Assembly: GCA_013239625.1 (NCBI GenBank) | Contig: MU054400.1 | Location: forward strand, 2,578,282 to 2,642,281 | DNA: 64,000 nt | Reading direction: 5' to 3' | From: Lama guanicoe | Taxonomy: Eukaryota | In this document: positions 12,980 through 26,478 of the stretch, one piece after another | How the letters are laid out: every line of letters starts with the position of its first letter | Numbering within the stretch: position 1 is the first letter of the stretch | The notes under the pieces: generated by a model | What the model was told of the DNA's origin: nothing | Databases searched by the model: none | What the model saw: the letters and a program-made list of their open reading frames with translations, nothing else | Made by a program: the position numbers and the translations under genes

Positions 12980-13165
12980 TCCTTATGCAACTTGTCTCAT
13001 TGAGTCCCAACTACCTTTCCAACCTTCCCAGCCATGAGGTGGTTACTATTGTTACATCCAGTCTACAGAGGAAGAAACCGATATTCAGAAATGTAGTCAC
13101 TTGCTACACAGCTAGGGAGGGGATTCAAATTCAGGTCTGTCTGTTGGAGCCAGAAATCTTGCTTT
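12980..13165 (-). mobile_element. MIR
   Basis: TACAGAGGAAGAAACCGATATTCAGAAATGTAGTCACTTGC...GGATTCAAATTCAGGTCTGTCTG. Confidence 0.75.
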
Positions 13166-13178
13166 TGCTGTTGAGCAA

Positions 13179-13486
13179 GTCTATGATTCCTTACTGAAAA
13201 GGTTTGGAGACAGATGTGCCTTGAAATTCAGTAGGGTCCAGAGTGAGGACATGATGCATATATCATATATCACCTAATACTCCCAGTGGGGTCTAGAACA
13301 GCACCCTCATCAAACCCATTAATATTTTAGCAGTGAAACATAGCAACGTTGAAACCAACTAGGATAAATAAAAAGTACAGAAAGCCTCATTTTTTTTGGC
13401 TGCCAAATGACTTTGTGCCTATCTTAGGAAATTTTTGATTTTAAGAGCTTTGGGATTTCATGATTTTGGAGAAGGAATTGTGGACC
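13179..13486. mobile_element. TcMar-Tigger-type MITE (MER46C-like)
   Basis: Degenerate terminal inverted repeats GTCTATGATTCCTTACTGAAA / TTTGGAGAAGGAATTGTGGACC. Confidence 0.55.
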
Positions 13487-14459
13487 CCTCTCATACTGGC
13501 TCCCAGGAGAGAGTTTGCACACACTTGTCCTCTTTCTCAGGGAACCTTGAAATGGAGCAAGTTAGAATTATAAAACAAAAACAAAAAACAAAAGCTTGAT
13601 GCTGTTGGTCACTGGGCTAAATGTATACACCCTTGGCATTTAAGAAATGAAAATAGCTTTAAGGAAAATTGGTAGCAGAACCATAATGGTCCTTGACAGC
13701 CTCCCAAATTCAGAGAAGTAGGAAGACGAGGGATCTCCCTGTGGTCTTTATAAACTAATCTCATTCGGGAGCCACCGAACTGTAATTCTAAACTGCAATA
13801 CATGCAGAACAGCCATTTGAACTTCGCATGAAACAGACTCTGCTTCGCTTTTTGGCCCCCGACCCCCTTTCAGTTACCTCCTCTGAGGATTGATGGGCAT
13901 ATCAGAGAGCCACTGGTATTTGTCCCAAGTAATTGGATTGACCCTTTGAAGAAAAGGTTAGTTCAGATAAAATGAAATTTTCAAGTGGAGGGCCAGATTC
14001 TCATCCAGGAACATCTGTAGTTTTCTTAAAAGATGGGTTTCATCACTGGTTCTATTATTTCATGATTCTTTATTATAGTAGATACACTTCTCCACTTCCC
14101 CCTTTCCCCAAGAGCTCCATCTCTTCTGTTGGTGTCATTTGACCACCTTCCCTGCCATTCTAGTCACAGACACCTGGGTCAAGCTGGACCAATCTCTTGG
14201 ATTTTAATTATAAGGCACAGAAACAGAGTAAATGAGGTGGTTCAGGGGTTTGCATTTGTAAGCTCACTTCGAGTCAAGCCAGAGTCAGGGTCTCAGGATC
14301 CTGCCCTTGCATTCCCGGCACCCCGCCACACTGTCAGCTGGTCCCCACGGAAGAAATTTTAATGAAGTAGATTCTAGAAACAAATGGAGATGGAGAGAGA
14401 GGAAAAGAGAGAAAGACTGAATGTTGAGGCTTGGTCAGGAGTTAGTTGACTGATACCCT

Positions 14460-14634
14460 TTTATTAGTCAGGGTCCTCCAGAGAAAAGAACCAAGAGGAG
14501 ATAGATATGTATTTAATATATAATATATAACACATTATATGTATATAATTATATATATATATGTATATAATAAGAAATTGGCTGATGTGATTTTAGAGGC
14601 TGAAAAGTCCAAGATCTGCAGTCAGTAATCTGGA
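14460..14634 (-). mobile_element. ERVL LTR fragment (MLT2-type)
   Basis: TATTAGTCAGGGTCCTCCAGAGAAAAGAACC, then a TA-rich expansion, then GAAATTGGCTGATGTGATTTTAGAGGCTGAAAAGTCCAAGATCTGCAG. Confidence 0.85.
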
Positions 14635-16189
14635 TATCATGGGGGACATTTTGGCTACAACATGCTTCTATGATGATACCAACTGATGAACACCAACCAC
14701 AGTCTTCGACAAGGTTCCTGGGTCCGTTAGTTTGCGATTTTAAGGGTTTGACATTTTAAATCAGTATCTCTTGACATCTAAGCTAGGAAAAAATTGAATG
14801 AACATTTAGTTTTCATTCAAAATTTCCTTCTTGGGAGTGAGTGCAAGAAAAACTCATTTCCAGCCTAAGTATATTTTTCTCTTTTTAAAGGAAATTCCAT
14901 CTTGGCCCAGTATAGAATAGTCCCTTTAAAACTTCTGACTTACTGCTGGTGTATGATTTAAATGGCCTAGTGAACATTTTTTTTTTTGTCAAAAATAAAA
15001 CAGGATGTTTGAAAGCCCAGGGAAAACTTTGACAGTTGACAAATCTCCTAAATGCAGTGAACTTATCAAAAACATCTTTCTAGGTAAACTTTAGTTCACC
15101 TTGTGAAGCTAAAATAGAACAAAGACAATACAACAAACAAAACAACATTGGCAAGAAAGCTATATTGGAAAATCAGTATTCTACACTGCCAACAGTTACC
15201 TTACCTGGCAAAAACTCTTCATAAAATAGCAAAGATAATTTAAATACATCCAGGCTCCTAGAGACCACATAAGAGTCTGATCTTATAGAATTCTAAAATT
15301 TTGGAATCTGTGGAATTTAAAGGGCAACTGTTAATCCCTCTGCCTTTGCCCCGGCTGCCTGAAAATCACCCAAGAGTTATAGGAGCTGATTGACCAGTTG
15401 TGAACATTTTTTTCTCAGTACAATCTCTCATCTGTTAATGTTTAGGTATGCGTCACAATGAATTTGGAAATGGATGAGTAATTTTTACCTGGTGTCATTG
15501 AGCCTTACATTTGATCTGTGCTTTGATCTTCTATTTTAAAACAAAATGGCAATCTTTAGAGGGCTCAAATAGATGAATTTCCTATAATACTGAACAGTCT
15601 GTAGTCAAATCTGGTAGAGAGTGATTATGGGGAAACTTGGTTGCTTTGAGCGGGGTCCTTAGTCCACACTACAATGAGTTCACTTTATCTTTAGAAATCT
15701 TGAGGAAAAAAACCAAAGCTCTAAGAACTATGTCAACTGTAGGTAGTACATGAGTGAGATTACCTAGAAATAAGATGGATTAATTAAATGGGAATAAATT
15801 AAACTAATTAAGTAAAATTAAATGGGAGGAGTCAGCTCATGGGAGTCTAAAAATAAGGTTGTCAAATTAAGTAGAAAAACATTAGACTACTTAAATAAAA
15901 TTAAATAGGCAGTGTCAGCCTATGGGAATAGCTCTTTGACTTGTAATTTAACCAGTGATATTAATATAGTACAAGAAAGAATGTATTTATTACAGCATAC
16001 AAAGTGGATTCAAGAGAAGCCAACTCTACCAATGCATGCACATCAGTATATGAGGTAGGGTACCTATTCAGGGGACAGGGAAAAATACTGGAAAGGTGCT
16101 CTCTTATAAACTTATGATCCTGGCTTGCATAAAATAGCCCTTGTTATACCTCCCTACACTACACGGTCTCCACATAAACTTCTAATTAC

Positions 16190-16590
16190 TAATGTGGCTT
16201 CTTCGGATACTAGAAATAACGAAACTCACTCCAGTTAAATTAAGCAGGAATGAAGTTTATTATAGGATTTTGGATAGCTCACACATTGTCTGGGAGGGCC
16301 AGAGGGTTATGCTTGGATGCTCTGCAGCCTGAAGCAGACCTCACAGTGGGATGCCTCCAGGGACGATCTCCCTGCCACCACCATCACTGGAAACAGGTAC
16401 CCGCTTATTGGCCTGCCTTAAAATCACCTTCCATATCATTATATATTTTGATTTTGAAAAAAAAATTCTGATTTTGTACAGTGCCAGGTCAAAAAGCTCA
16501 TGTAGGTGTGTCTGATTGGAAAAGTCCAGGTCCCATGGCTTTCCCTTAGCTTCAAGGAAGTCAGAAAGGCATGCTCTCTGACTCTATCTT
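16190..16590 (-). mobile_element. Ancient MaLR LTR (MLT1M/N-like)
   Basis: AAATAACGAAACTCACTCCAGTTAAATTAAGCAGG...TGTCTGATTGG...CTTAGCTTCAAGGAAG. Confidence 0.5.
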
Positions 16591-17124
16591 GGGAGATGCC
16601 ACTCATGTGGGGCAAAGTCCCCAAATACAGAAACGATGACAAAAGCTCACCACAGAGAAAAGCCAGATGGAGGCGTTAGCGCCCTTGGCATGGGAATGCC
16701 ATGTTCCCTGCTGTCAGTGAATACACTGACTGGCCTCTATTATTCATTGGCTTCAAGCCTAGAGCATCTGGGAACTAGTAGAAAAACCCCATTTCTGGAC
16801 CTGCAGGGCTGTGGAACACACTTGGGCCACGGCAAACTCACCAACCTAATACCACCCTGAGTGGGGCCCTCTGCTGCCGCCCAGGCAGCCAGTTCTCCCC
16901 TGGCAACACTCTATTATTTTCAAATTTCAACACCAATGTCTTAGACCACATGTAAATCAATCCCAAGGCTAAATATTTAGCCTGACATATGAAAGGAAGA
17001 CTATAGGGGCAGCTTTGTCAACGGGTGTTGTTTTGATTAACACGAATCTCCACGCTAAATGTGCTAATGTTGGGAGTTGGGAACCATGGCAGCTGGGCTG
17101 CTGAGTGAGTTGGGGGCCCACATG

Positions 17125-18129
17125 CAGGGGTATATGGGTGGGAGTGGCCTCCGCTGGTGGAGGCAATGTCTGTAGAGAGATTAAAAACAATAAAGCCAAC
17201 TAAAAGTTGGCTTGCTTTTTATTATCATCATGTGTGGGCAATTCTGAACTCTGTCAGTGATAAAATACTCCTACCCCCAAAAATCTTTTTGTTGGTTATA
17301 TTCTAAATAGTTATTAAAATTACTATTGTGATTTAATAATACATATGTCAGCCTCAAATTAAGTTTTCTTATTCCTTAATAAAGACTGTATTCTACATGG
17401 GAGTTAATTTGGAGAACTCCCTGTTATGTAGTAGATCTCTGATGTATATGGACTCATTCCATGCTTGTTTTGAGAGTAAATGTGTAATGGTTTGGATTTG
17501 ATCAAGCGTGCTTTGGGTGGAGCATAGGTCTCCAAACCCTGTGACACTGCAGATTCTGTGTTTAAATAGCAGATTGGAAAGAAACAATGACATCCCAGTG
17601 AATATAAAGGCCAAGACTTAGAGCCTGAGTTATTTTAATTCTGTCACCTTATGTGACCACCTGGAGATTTTGTGTTTAAAATTTAAAACAAGTAATTGCA
17701 AAGTGTAACATTTTTGTTTGGTTAAGTGGAAATATTAGTTCACAAATGAAATATTTTACTAAATTTTGAATGACATTCTTAAAATAGAATTTCTTCTTTT
17801 TAAATTGTTAAGTGTTTTGCAGCTGAAGAACAAACACATCAATAAATAATGGTGGGGGAGGTAAAGCTCAGTGGTAGAGTAGACCTGCTTAGCATGCACG
17901 AGGTCCTGGGTCCAATCCCAGTACCGCCACTAAAAATAAATAAGTAAATGAACCTAATTATATACCCCTCCCCGAAAAAAAACCCCAAATTAAAATAAAA
18001 TAGTTGCTTAACAAACATTAAAAAAGAGAAAGGAGACGCACCTCCTCTCAGTTTCTGACCGCGGAGTAGTTGCCCCCAGCTGCTGCTCCTCCTGGATCCT
18101 CCCGCACTTCTCGCACCCACATGCTTCTG
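17125..18129. mobile_element. hAT-Tip100 DNA transposon relic (MER97-like), interrupted by a SINE
   Basis: TGTCTGTAGAGAGATTAAAAACAATAAAGCCAACTAAAAGTTGG...TGTCAGTGATAAAATACTCC; GC-rich degenerate ends. Confidence 0.65.
17854..17998 (+). mobile_element. Camelid tRNA-derived SINE (Vic-1 type)
   Basis: GGGGGAGGTAAAGCTCAGTGGTAGAG (A box)...TTAGCATGCACGAGGTCCTGGGTCCAATCCC (B box, tRNA-Ala-like), then AAATAAATAAG-AACCTAATTA and an A-rich tail. Confidence 0.9.
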
Positions 18130-18439
18130 TTCCGAGTCTTGATTGAGATGCTTAGCCTTTCCTTGCTTACTCTGAGTTTCAGACCAGGTTTGGGGCTTTC
18201 CTACTATTGTTCCAAGGACCAGGCAGCTGTCACAGTCTTGACTTCTGCTGAGCCCTGAGATGTCCCAGTGCCTTGCAGGATCAAACCCTGGGACTGACTG
18301 GGGCGGATGGGGCAAGGCAGGGGGTCGGAGTGGAAGGAAGAAGAGAAGGAGGGAATGCTAGTTGGGTCTCCTTGTTTTCCAAGCTGCCATTATCATGGGG
18401 CTTCTGTTGGCTGCTATTTAAATACTTTGTTTCTTATCT

Positions 18440-18725
18440 TCCCATTCTTTCATTTAATTTTTTATATAGGCAACACATTCACATGGTTCAACTATCAAAA
18501 AGCATAAAAAGGTACCCATGGGAGAATTTCCCTTCTACCCTTGTCTTGCCCCTACCCCTACACCCGGCTGCCCTGCATCCCACCCCCGGGTAGACGCTGT
18601 TGCAGTTAGTTGCATGTATTTCCAGATTGGGTGAGTGGGTGTCCATGAAAACGCAAGCAAATTCTATATATACTTATGCCCAGCTCTTTTACAAAAAATG
18701 ATGATGTCTGATACTGCACTTTTAA
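18440..18725 (-). mobile_element. Old L1M 3' fragment
   Basis: TATATAGGCAACACATTCACATGGTTCAACTATCAAAAAGCATAAAAAGGTA resembles the L1ME-type 3' end. Confidence 0.45.
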
Positions 18726-20979
18726 TGAGTGAGCCTTTCCATGGGAGATGGGAGTGGGGCAATGAAGGGTATCTGACAGCTATCCAGGGAATTTGCACAC
18801 TCAGTGAATTTATAGAGCGATGAATCTAAGGAATCTCTACTAGTTCAGACTAGTAAGAATGTGTTGGACTTCTTTCTTCTTCTTAAAATTTTCCTTCTCC
18901 CCTCCCTGCCTCCTTTCCTTCTTTTTCCCTCTCCCTCCCTCCCTCCATTTCTTTATTTTGGAGTGGCTACATACTCTAGGTATTTGCTGCTACCTCCATC
19001 TGTCCAGACATTGTGGATCTGGATCTTTGTTGCTGAAGCTTAAGACTCTCACTCAGCAACTCCCCCAAATTTGGTCTCAGAGCACAATACTCCTTATGCC
19101 AAACAGGGATGAGTCTCTGCTGCCAGGTTGGCTCCCATCAAAATGTGCAGATACGCTCTTGTCAGCTTTAGTGAGAGATTCAGAGTCAAGTTTGCATCTT
19201 GGACTTAATCTGCCCATCAAGTGTGATTATGCTTGGGTAAATACCCAGCAAATAATCAGACTCTTTCTGCTTCACCACTCCTGGGAGTGCGAACTTCCGT
19301 GATGCCAGTTCAGAGGGGCCCTTTGAACTGCTCTTGTCAAAACACCATGTGGGGATTCTCCTGCCAGGACAGCATCACCCGACACTGCCAATTCTTATTC
19401 AATATTTTAATAAGCGTGCTGAGTAGAAACTAACTGGGTAGTTTGTGGAGCTAAACAAATTTAGGAACATGTAGAAGATGAGGAAGGGGGCACAGGCTCC
19501 CTCCCCCATTCCTGTAAACAAGGACAATTGCCTTCTCTCTGCCCTATGGACGTGTCTCACCTGATGAGAACATGCCAGACACCTGACTATGGGAACGTTG
19601 GTGATAAATCAGCTCTTCGTCTGTATGGCCATTTAAAAATACTGTGGCATAATTTGAACAAATTCCTTGGAGGAGAAAACTTTTACATGGTGGTTACTTA
19701 ATTCTCCTATGGTGAGGACCTCCAGGCCCCCAAAAGCTTTCTCAGCCTTTCAGGCTCATTAAGGTTGTTATGGCTGTCAGTGAGGTGTGGGTGCCGCGAC
19801 GCCTCCCTGCCTGGAGCAGCTCTTCTGTCCCTGCTGAGTTCCAGCTCTCGGTGGTTTTGAGTAGAAATTGTTGGGGGGACCTTTGGCTTTCTGGAGTTTT
19901 CCCTTCTTCCACAGGTGTGTTATTCTGAACTGTAACTTGCTGTGGACGCCCACAGGAAGTGGCCTCCCTTTCGGGGGACCTTATACTTCGGTGTTGCTGG
20001 ACAGGGAGGGGGCTGTGGTCGGTAGCACAGTTGGTGATGGTTAGACAAATAGTTCACCCCGGGATTTCCTCTGCATCTCCCTTGGAGAAATGTGTGGGCC
20101 AGCCCTATAATTCACTCGTGGGTGGCTTGTCATGGCGCTGGATGGGTTTCAGGGTACACAGTGTGGATGGAGAGAGAAAGAGAGTCAATGAGAAGGCAAG
20201 AGATTCTCCGCTGGATGAAAGCAGATGTTAACGGTCAGCTTTACTGCTGGTCCTGTGTCTCAGGGAGCTTGTGAGAACTCAGATCCTTGCACCTCCTTCC
20301 CTCCATGTGGAGTGTTTGAGGCCTGTTCAGTTTTGCCCCAGACGTGCTTTTCTGGGGTCAGGATTTGGGTCTGGGTGGAAAATGGGGAAGATCAATCCTC
20401 TTTCTTGGAGAATTGCCAAGGTTTGTTTCGCTCTGTTCTCTGCTCCGAGGTTGGAGTGGCCCAGGATGAGCAGAGGGCTGTCAGCTCAGAGCCCCATCTT
20501 TTCCAGGCAAGTAAGTTACTTTTCTTCTAGGGCTGTCCGTGTTCTAGTCCCTTTTCTCACTTCTTGGAATTCTTACCAACATCACCACCCCACCCCTCTC
20601 TCCCCCTCAGTTTCTGGTGTCTTTGTGTCCTTGGGAAACTCAGGGCCCACATTTTTCCTGCAACTTAAGGTTAAATGTAGACTGGCCCTTGCCCATCACT
20701 GCTTCTCTCGTCCTTCTGTGCCTTAGTCCTGGGGACCTATGGTGCCTCAGTGGGGTTCAGATACTTGCATCCATGCTCTGTGGGGACCTGATCGCAGATG
20801 CCCCCGGCTGACTTTGAATATCCATTTCAGCTCTAGATTTATATTCTGGAGCTGCTGCAGGACTCAAGAGTTCCTGCTTTCATGGCAAGGTCGTTCTGAT
20901 TTTCCTGGTTTAAAATAGGGAGGGCTGTCTTTAGTGATAACAGTGGTTCATTTTTTTGGTTATTGTCATGGGGCTGGGA

Positions 20980-21220
20980 AAGCAGCATGATAGATTAGAA
21001 AGGACACTGGATTTGGAGCCAGACAGACAAGGATTTGAATGCTGGCTCCCCTACTTACTAGGAGCAAACTTTGGCCTGTTTTGGAATCCCTGGGCTCTTG
21101 TCTGTAGAATATGGGAGATTGGTACCCACCTCCTGGGCTCATGATGGAACGTTAAGTGAAATAAAGTTCATACACCACCTGGGACAAAACAGACATAAAA
21201 TAATGTTAGTTTCTTTTCCT
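20980..21220 (+). mobile_element. MIR, near full length
   Basis: GCAGCATGATAG...GGATTTGGAGCCAGACAGACAAGGATTTGAATGCTGGCTCC...ACTTACTAG. Confidence 0.8.
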
Positions 21221-21842
21221 TCCCTTTCTTTTAATCCATCCCTTCCCCCATTTCCATCTGCCTTCCCCACAGCCAGCACTTGACACCTGGATTGGAGTCC
21301 AGCTTCCCCTGTCGTTAGAACGCACTGCTGTTTTCCCCTGAGGGCTGTGACCCGCCCCTCCGACACAGTTTACACAAGTTATGGTGTAACTTGAGCCAGC
21401 GTTAGGAATTAGCACACACATGAAAAAGCCTCTTGCAGACATTTTGCTTTACGCAGTGATGGAGAGCCTGTTTGTCTCCAGGCAGATGTTACAGTTACTA
21501 TTGGGCAATACAAAGGGAGGCTTGGCTTGCAAACACAAGTAGGGATATGTTGGCAAGCACTGTAGCCTACTTATTTTAACTGGGCAGGACAGACACTGCC
21601 CCTTGTGGCTGCAGGATAATGAGGTGGTGGAAAGCACAGGGAGTTTCAGGCCACGCAGCCAGTCATGGCTTAGGATGCAGGGGTGGGGGGTGGGGTGCCT
21701 TGATTTGAGCGCCGTCCTGTCGTCTCTCTCCAGCCTGGCCCTTTGTGCCTGAGATTGATAGCCTCCACTTGGAGGGATTTGTCTTGAAGCCTGACTTGTG
21801 GCTGCTTGGACAAAAGCCAGGTCCTTAGGCATAATCCAAAAG

Positions 21843-22073
21843 CGTGCATTCTCAATGGGGGTGATGTCACCCCTGAGGGCATGAAGACTGCTCCTTGGGG
21901 AATGAAAAATCTGCTTTTTATGTATAAAGCACAGGTATGTATAGAATACATAAACTGATATATGCTGTACCTGTGATATTAAAATTTCATGAGGGATATT
22001 TACAGAAACAATTATCTAAAAAGTCTCCTTAAGGGGGAAAGAATGCAAAAAAAAAATAGTTTGAGAAAGAAGG
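21843..22073. mobile_element. hAT-Charlie MITE (MER20B-like)
   Basis: GTGCATTCTCAATGGGGGTGATGTCACCCC...GTTTGAGAAA termini. Confidence 0.7.
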
Positions 22074-22075
22074 TC

Positions 22076-22356
22076 TAAGGTTCTCAGCTTTGGCTGCAGA
22101 CAAGAATTATCAGAGGAGTTTTAAAAGTCTTGATGCCTAAGCTGCACCTCAGACCAATCAAATCTGAATCTTTGGGACTGGACTCAATGTTTTTAAGATG
22201 CTCTAGCTGCCAAGTTGGACAACCCCTGCTTGGAGCCCTGGCACTCAGAGTGTAGTCCTCAGACCAGCAGCTCAATGTCACCTGGGAGTTTCTTAGACAG
22301 GCAGACTCTCAGACCTCCAGGTGATTCTTGTGCTTATTAAAGTTTGAGAAGCACTT
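22076..22356. mobile_element. Two adjacent MER5-type hAT-Charlie MITEs
   Basis: GGTTCTCAGCTTTGGCTGCAG...CCTCAGACCAATCAAATCTGAATCT and GTGTAGTCCTCAGACCAGCAGC...CCAGGTGATTCT...AAGTTTGAGAAGCACT. Confidence 0.8.
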
Positions 22357-22814
22357 GGGTAAATATTTATAACTAACATGACCTCAGAGCACTTCAGTGC
22401 AGCTGCATTAATCCAGTGTCAGCATGTTTCCAGCTGTTTGTTTCAGGACTTCATTGTTGTCCTTTGGACTGAGAGGCCTGGCGTACTGAGGGTGGCCCAA
22501 TGCTGCATTTGTGCTCTGACACGCTGGGAAGCCCTCTGATCTCTCAGAAACTGAACAGACAGCTCGTTCCCAGGAAGGGGACCAATGAGAGCAAAGGGGC
22601 CAAGTCCAGTCAGCTGGAAATAAGGGAGGCCCAATCTCATCATGAAACCGTTACCTTAGAGGCGGTAGTTCTTGGGCAAGAGGTTGATGCACTGACGGTG
22701 ATGGTTCGGACAAGATTAACTTGGTGAGTCTATATGATGAATGGGAACAGAGAGAGATGGAAGAATTGGTAAAACTGCTGGGATGCTGTACAGACATCTT
22801 TGTGTGGTCTGCCA

Positions 22815-22960
22815 GTCATTCATTTGTTCATTCATGTATTCGTTTACTCAACAAATGTTTATCAAGTAGTCCCTATTTGGATACGACCTGGAATAGCTGT
22901 GATGGGAAAAAAAAAACAAAAGAAGGATAAACATGACAGCCTTGAGGGGAGAGCTTTGGA
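22815..22960 (-). mobile_element. L2 3' end
   Basis: CATTCATTTGTTCATTCATG...CTCAACAAATGTTTATCAAG. Confidence 0.65.
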
Positions 22961-24769
22961 AGGAATGATCCATAGTTATATATGTTGGGAATCAGCTAGT
23001 TTTGATCAACTTAAAAACACTGCTTTATTTATTGAAATTGACAGATACAAAGTCTTTTTAAATCTAAATCATTTTGTAAATAGATTACCTAGAAAATAAG
23101 AGTTTAATGTTATCTGTGTTAATTTAAACAAGAAAAAAACCATTTCTGGCATACTTTCACTTCCTGTTTTAGATGGGCAGGGGTTTGGATTAGGATCCAG
23201 AAATCCTTCTTTGCTCATTGCTGCGGACTGTTCCTTGATATTTCATGAAACGTTATTAGAGGGATGTAAAACTGGTGAGTCCATCACTGTTCAGACAGAC
23301 TCAGGCTGTGAGCTGATATATTACTGAGTCAAGCTGTCTACTTCTTGGGGTTTCCACATCAACTCAACTACTGCAGGGATAATCATTCTTAATTGTAGTC
23401 TCATAATTTAAACAGATGAAGGTTACCAGAATAAAACATTTGAAACTTTATACAGCTAATGGTTTAGACGTCTTTATATCTCTGTCTTTAGGATGAGACA
23501 CGGATAATGTGCTCAACTCTTCCACCAACATTAACTTCTCACATTTAAAATGTTGAATTAAACAATTCAGTTTAATTTAGGGTCCTTGACAGTGTAATAG
23601 ATTTTGTTTAATAGGCAATGTCTAAACCTGGACCTAATTCACCTCATTTTAGTTAATGTATTTTTCCCACAAGGAGGGTTCGATGTAAATCCATCAGACA
23701 TGTATGGATCTGTGTGACCTCATAACAGCCCCTCTGAAGGTGACATAAGAATCACTCACATGGTGACATGAGATGGTAACAATCATGCAGAAATGAAGAG
23801 GGTATTTCACTCATTTGTCCCCTTAATCCTAAGAAAAGAATGTATAAGCAACATCCAGTGAACCTTAAATGCTGACACTGGGAATCATGTTTAGTTATTT
23901 TATAGCACTGTGTAGTTACACGGTTTCATCAAATGTCCCTTAAATTTTCTTCCCAACACTATTATGAGATTGGTGAGTTTTACTCCCCCTGCTCTTTTCA
24001 AATCACGTACAGAAAGCCCAGAGACAGTGGAGGAGCTCGTTCAGGGGACATTCTCCTGCCCTGGGTTTCCCATTAGGAGGACAGAGCAGCTCCTCTGTGG
24101 TCAGATCACCTGCGTTTTGACACCAGCTACCCCGCTCACTAGCTATTTGCTTCGCTCATTCATTTGCTCATCCAATACACGTTTGTTTGAGCACCGCGTT
24201 CCAGGAGTGAACTAAATGTGTGATGTTTATTTAACTCATGGAGTCTACAATTACAATTGAGTGTAAATCAAATGAATATAACCCTTATTCCTTATCTGTC
24301 AAAAGGGATCATAATACCAGACTCCTGGGATCAGGGGTGGAGGAAATGAGCCGGCAGGTACTCAGTAATGGCTATTAGTAGGATCAACATTTAGCATGGA
24401 TAAACATTGCTCCTCATATAGGATTCAATGGCTCTTTCTACTCGTGGGCTATGAGAATTTAAAGAATAAGAAGGTAAGGGTGTCTCTTGGGTCTTCAAAT
24501 AAGGAAACTTTGTCTTATTTTGTCAACTGCCCAGAGTACTTGGAGAATTCTGTCCACAGAAAAGGCCCTCAACAAACCTTTGCTAATGAAGAATTCCATC
24601 CCTTCAATGGTGAGTACGTTGGTACCCAACAAGAGGCTTTGAAATTGTAGTCAGATTTACTTCCCAATTAACTAGAAGCAAAAGGATGTAGGATGCCTGG
24701 TATTCCTGTGTGGTCCATACTTTTATTTCAGAGTGGCAAAACTGGCAGGTGACAAGAATGCAAAGTATT

Positions 24770-25430
24770 TTGGGCAAGCCATCAGGAGATGAGGTTGGGA
24801 AGGTGGGCCATGGAAGGCCTTGAATGGCATGCCAAAGAGTCACTGAAGAGTGTTAAACAGGTGAGCTACATGATCAAATTTGTGTTTTAGAAACAGCTCT
24901 TTGAACGTGGTAGTAGGAGCACATGGCGGGCAGGGAAGGGGAGATTAACAGGAGTGGTGAGAGGGAAAACGTAAGGCCTCAGGTCACAGCTCAGGTGAGC
25001 AACAGTGAACTAACATAGGACCAGAGAGGGGGGAGAGGAAGGGGCAGATGTTAGGGGTATGATCAAGTGGAGAAGTAGGACTTGGTGACTGATTTCATGT
25101 GGAGCTTCAAGAGAGCTGCTAAACTCTCTGGTGACCTCTGGGTTGTTCCTCTTAGTGAACAGGTGGAAAGAGTGGATTCTATTGACTGGAAGATAGAGTT
25201 AGAGTATGTTTTGGGAGAAAAGGTCATAAAGGGAGTTTGATGTGCCTTTGGGACCGTGAGCAGGCTGTTGATGTGTGTGTGTGTGGGGGAAGGATGAAGC
25301 CTTTGAGATCAGGTATATCAAAAAGAGAAGAAATATGGGTCAAAAAGGGATCCCAGGAAACAACAAATTTAAAGGATGGAAGAAGCAGGTGGAGACAGAA
25401 GAGGAACTCTGGAGAAGCTGTGTTCTTCCT
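24770..25430 (-). mobile_element. L2 fragment
   Basis: GGAAGGCCTTGAATGGCATGCCAAAGAG...CATGATCAAATTTGTGTTTTAGAAA...AGGACTTGGTGACTGATT. Confidence 0.7.
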
Positions 25431-26300
25431 CTAGTGTCCCCAGTCTTGGTGACTAGTATCTGGTCATCCAAGCCAGAAGCCCAGGCATCATCTTTGACGT
25501 CATCTTTTCTCACATCCCTTCTGAACCAAAGCTTGCAAATTCTACCTCTGTAATTGTCTTGCATCCCCTTCTTTTTCATCCCACTGACAACTTTAGTTCA
25601 TCTCCATAATTCAGTAGGTTGGGAGTAAGGCCTGCAATTCTGCATTTCTAACAAGCAGAATTTCCCCCAACAATTTGGAAATGTTTATGGGAGTTGCTTG
25701 GAGGGCTCCCAGCACCCTGGTGGTCTGCGTGATACATGAATTGGATTTGGTCATTAACAAGTGTTGACTACACTCCCTTTGAGTTGGTTTAGTGCTTTGG
25801 TGTTAGGGATGCTTAGTTACTTACCCAGCTGGCCTTCTAGTCTTGCCAACTGGGCAGAATTAACTTACTCCATCCCTGGGGTGGTGAAATAGTCCTCAAC
25901 TCAGATACAGGAGTGATTTGCAAAAGCAAACCATTTTTCTTCTAAAATTGTGCTGCACAAATGAAAGGTATACCGATGGCTTCACAAAATCATTTGCAGA
26001 GATTGCATGTATTATAAATATTGATGCCAAATGGAATTGTGATTTAAACGCACAGCTTTGAGCTGGCTACGCGAAGAAATCCCATGGGGAATCTGTTTGG
26101 GCAGCGAAACAACCTCTTGCATGAAATCAGCTGGGTTTACATGTACTGCATTAGTTTTATTTAAAAGTTGTATCTTATGAGAATCAGAGCTTTGAAATCA
26201 AAGAACTCAGGCTTCAAATATAGGTCAAATATGGCCTGCTTCACTCTGGACTGTGCTCACCTGTAATTTTTATCAAAAAAAACCTGTTCTTTTCCTAGTT

Positions 26301-26478
26301 CAATGGATGTCAGTCTTGACTGTCATTAGAATCACATGGAGAACTTTAAAAACATACTGATGTCTGGGTCCCAGATCTCTGAAATCAGAATCTCTCAGGC
26401 AGTAGTGACCAGCCCTCAGTATGCTCAAAGAATTCCCCCAGTGATTCTAATGTACACTTGAGGCTGTGAATCACTACA
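26301..26478. mobile_element. MER5-type hAT-Charlie MITE
   Basis: CATTAGAATCACATGGAGAACTTTAAAAACATACTGATGTCTGGGTCCC...CCCAGTGATTCTAATGTACA. Confidence 0.8.

Noticed and set aside
17854..17930. tRNA-Ala gene
   Set aside because: The tRNA-like head is degenerate, continues into a SINE body and A-rich tail, and has a second dispersed copy: it is a SINE
19897..19920. Strong isolated splice acceptor TTTTCCCTTCTTCCACAG/G
   Set aside because: No matching donor or recognisable reading frame; such sites are common by chance
21680..21696. G-quadruplex candidate GGGGTGGGGGGTGGGG
   Set aside because: Only three separate G-runs and no functional context
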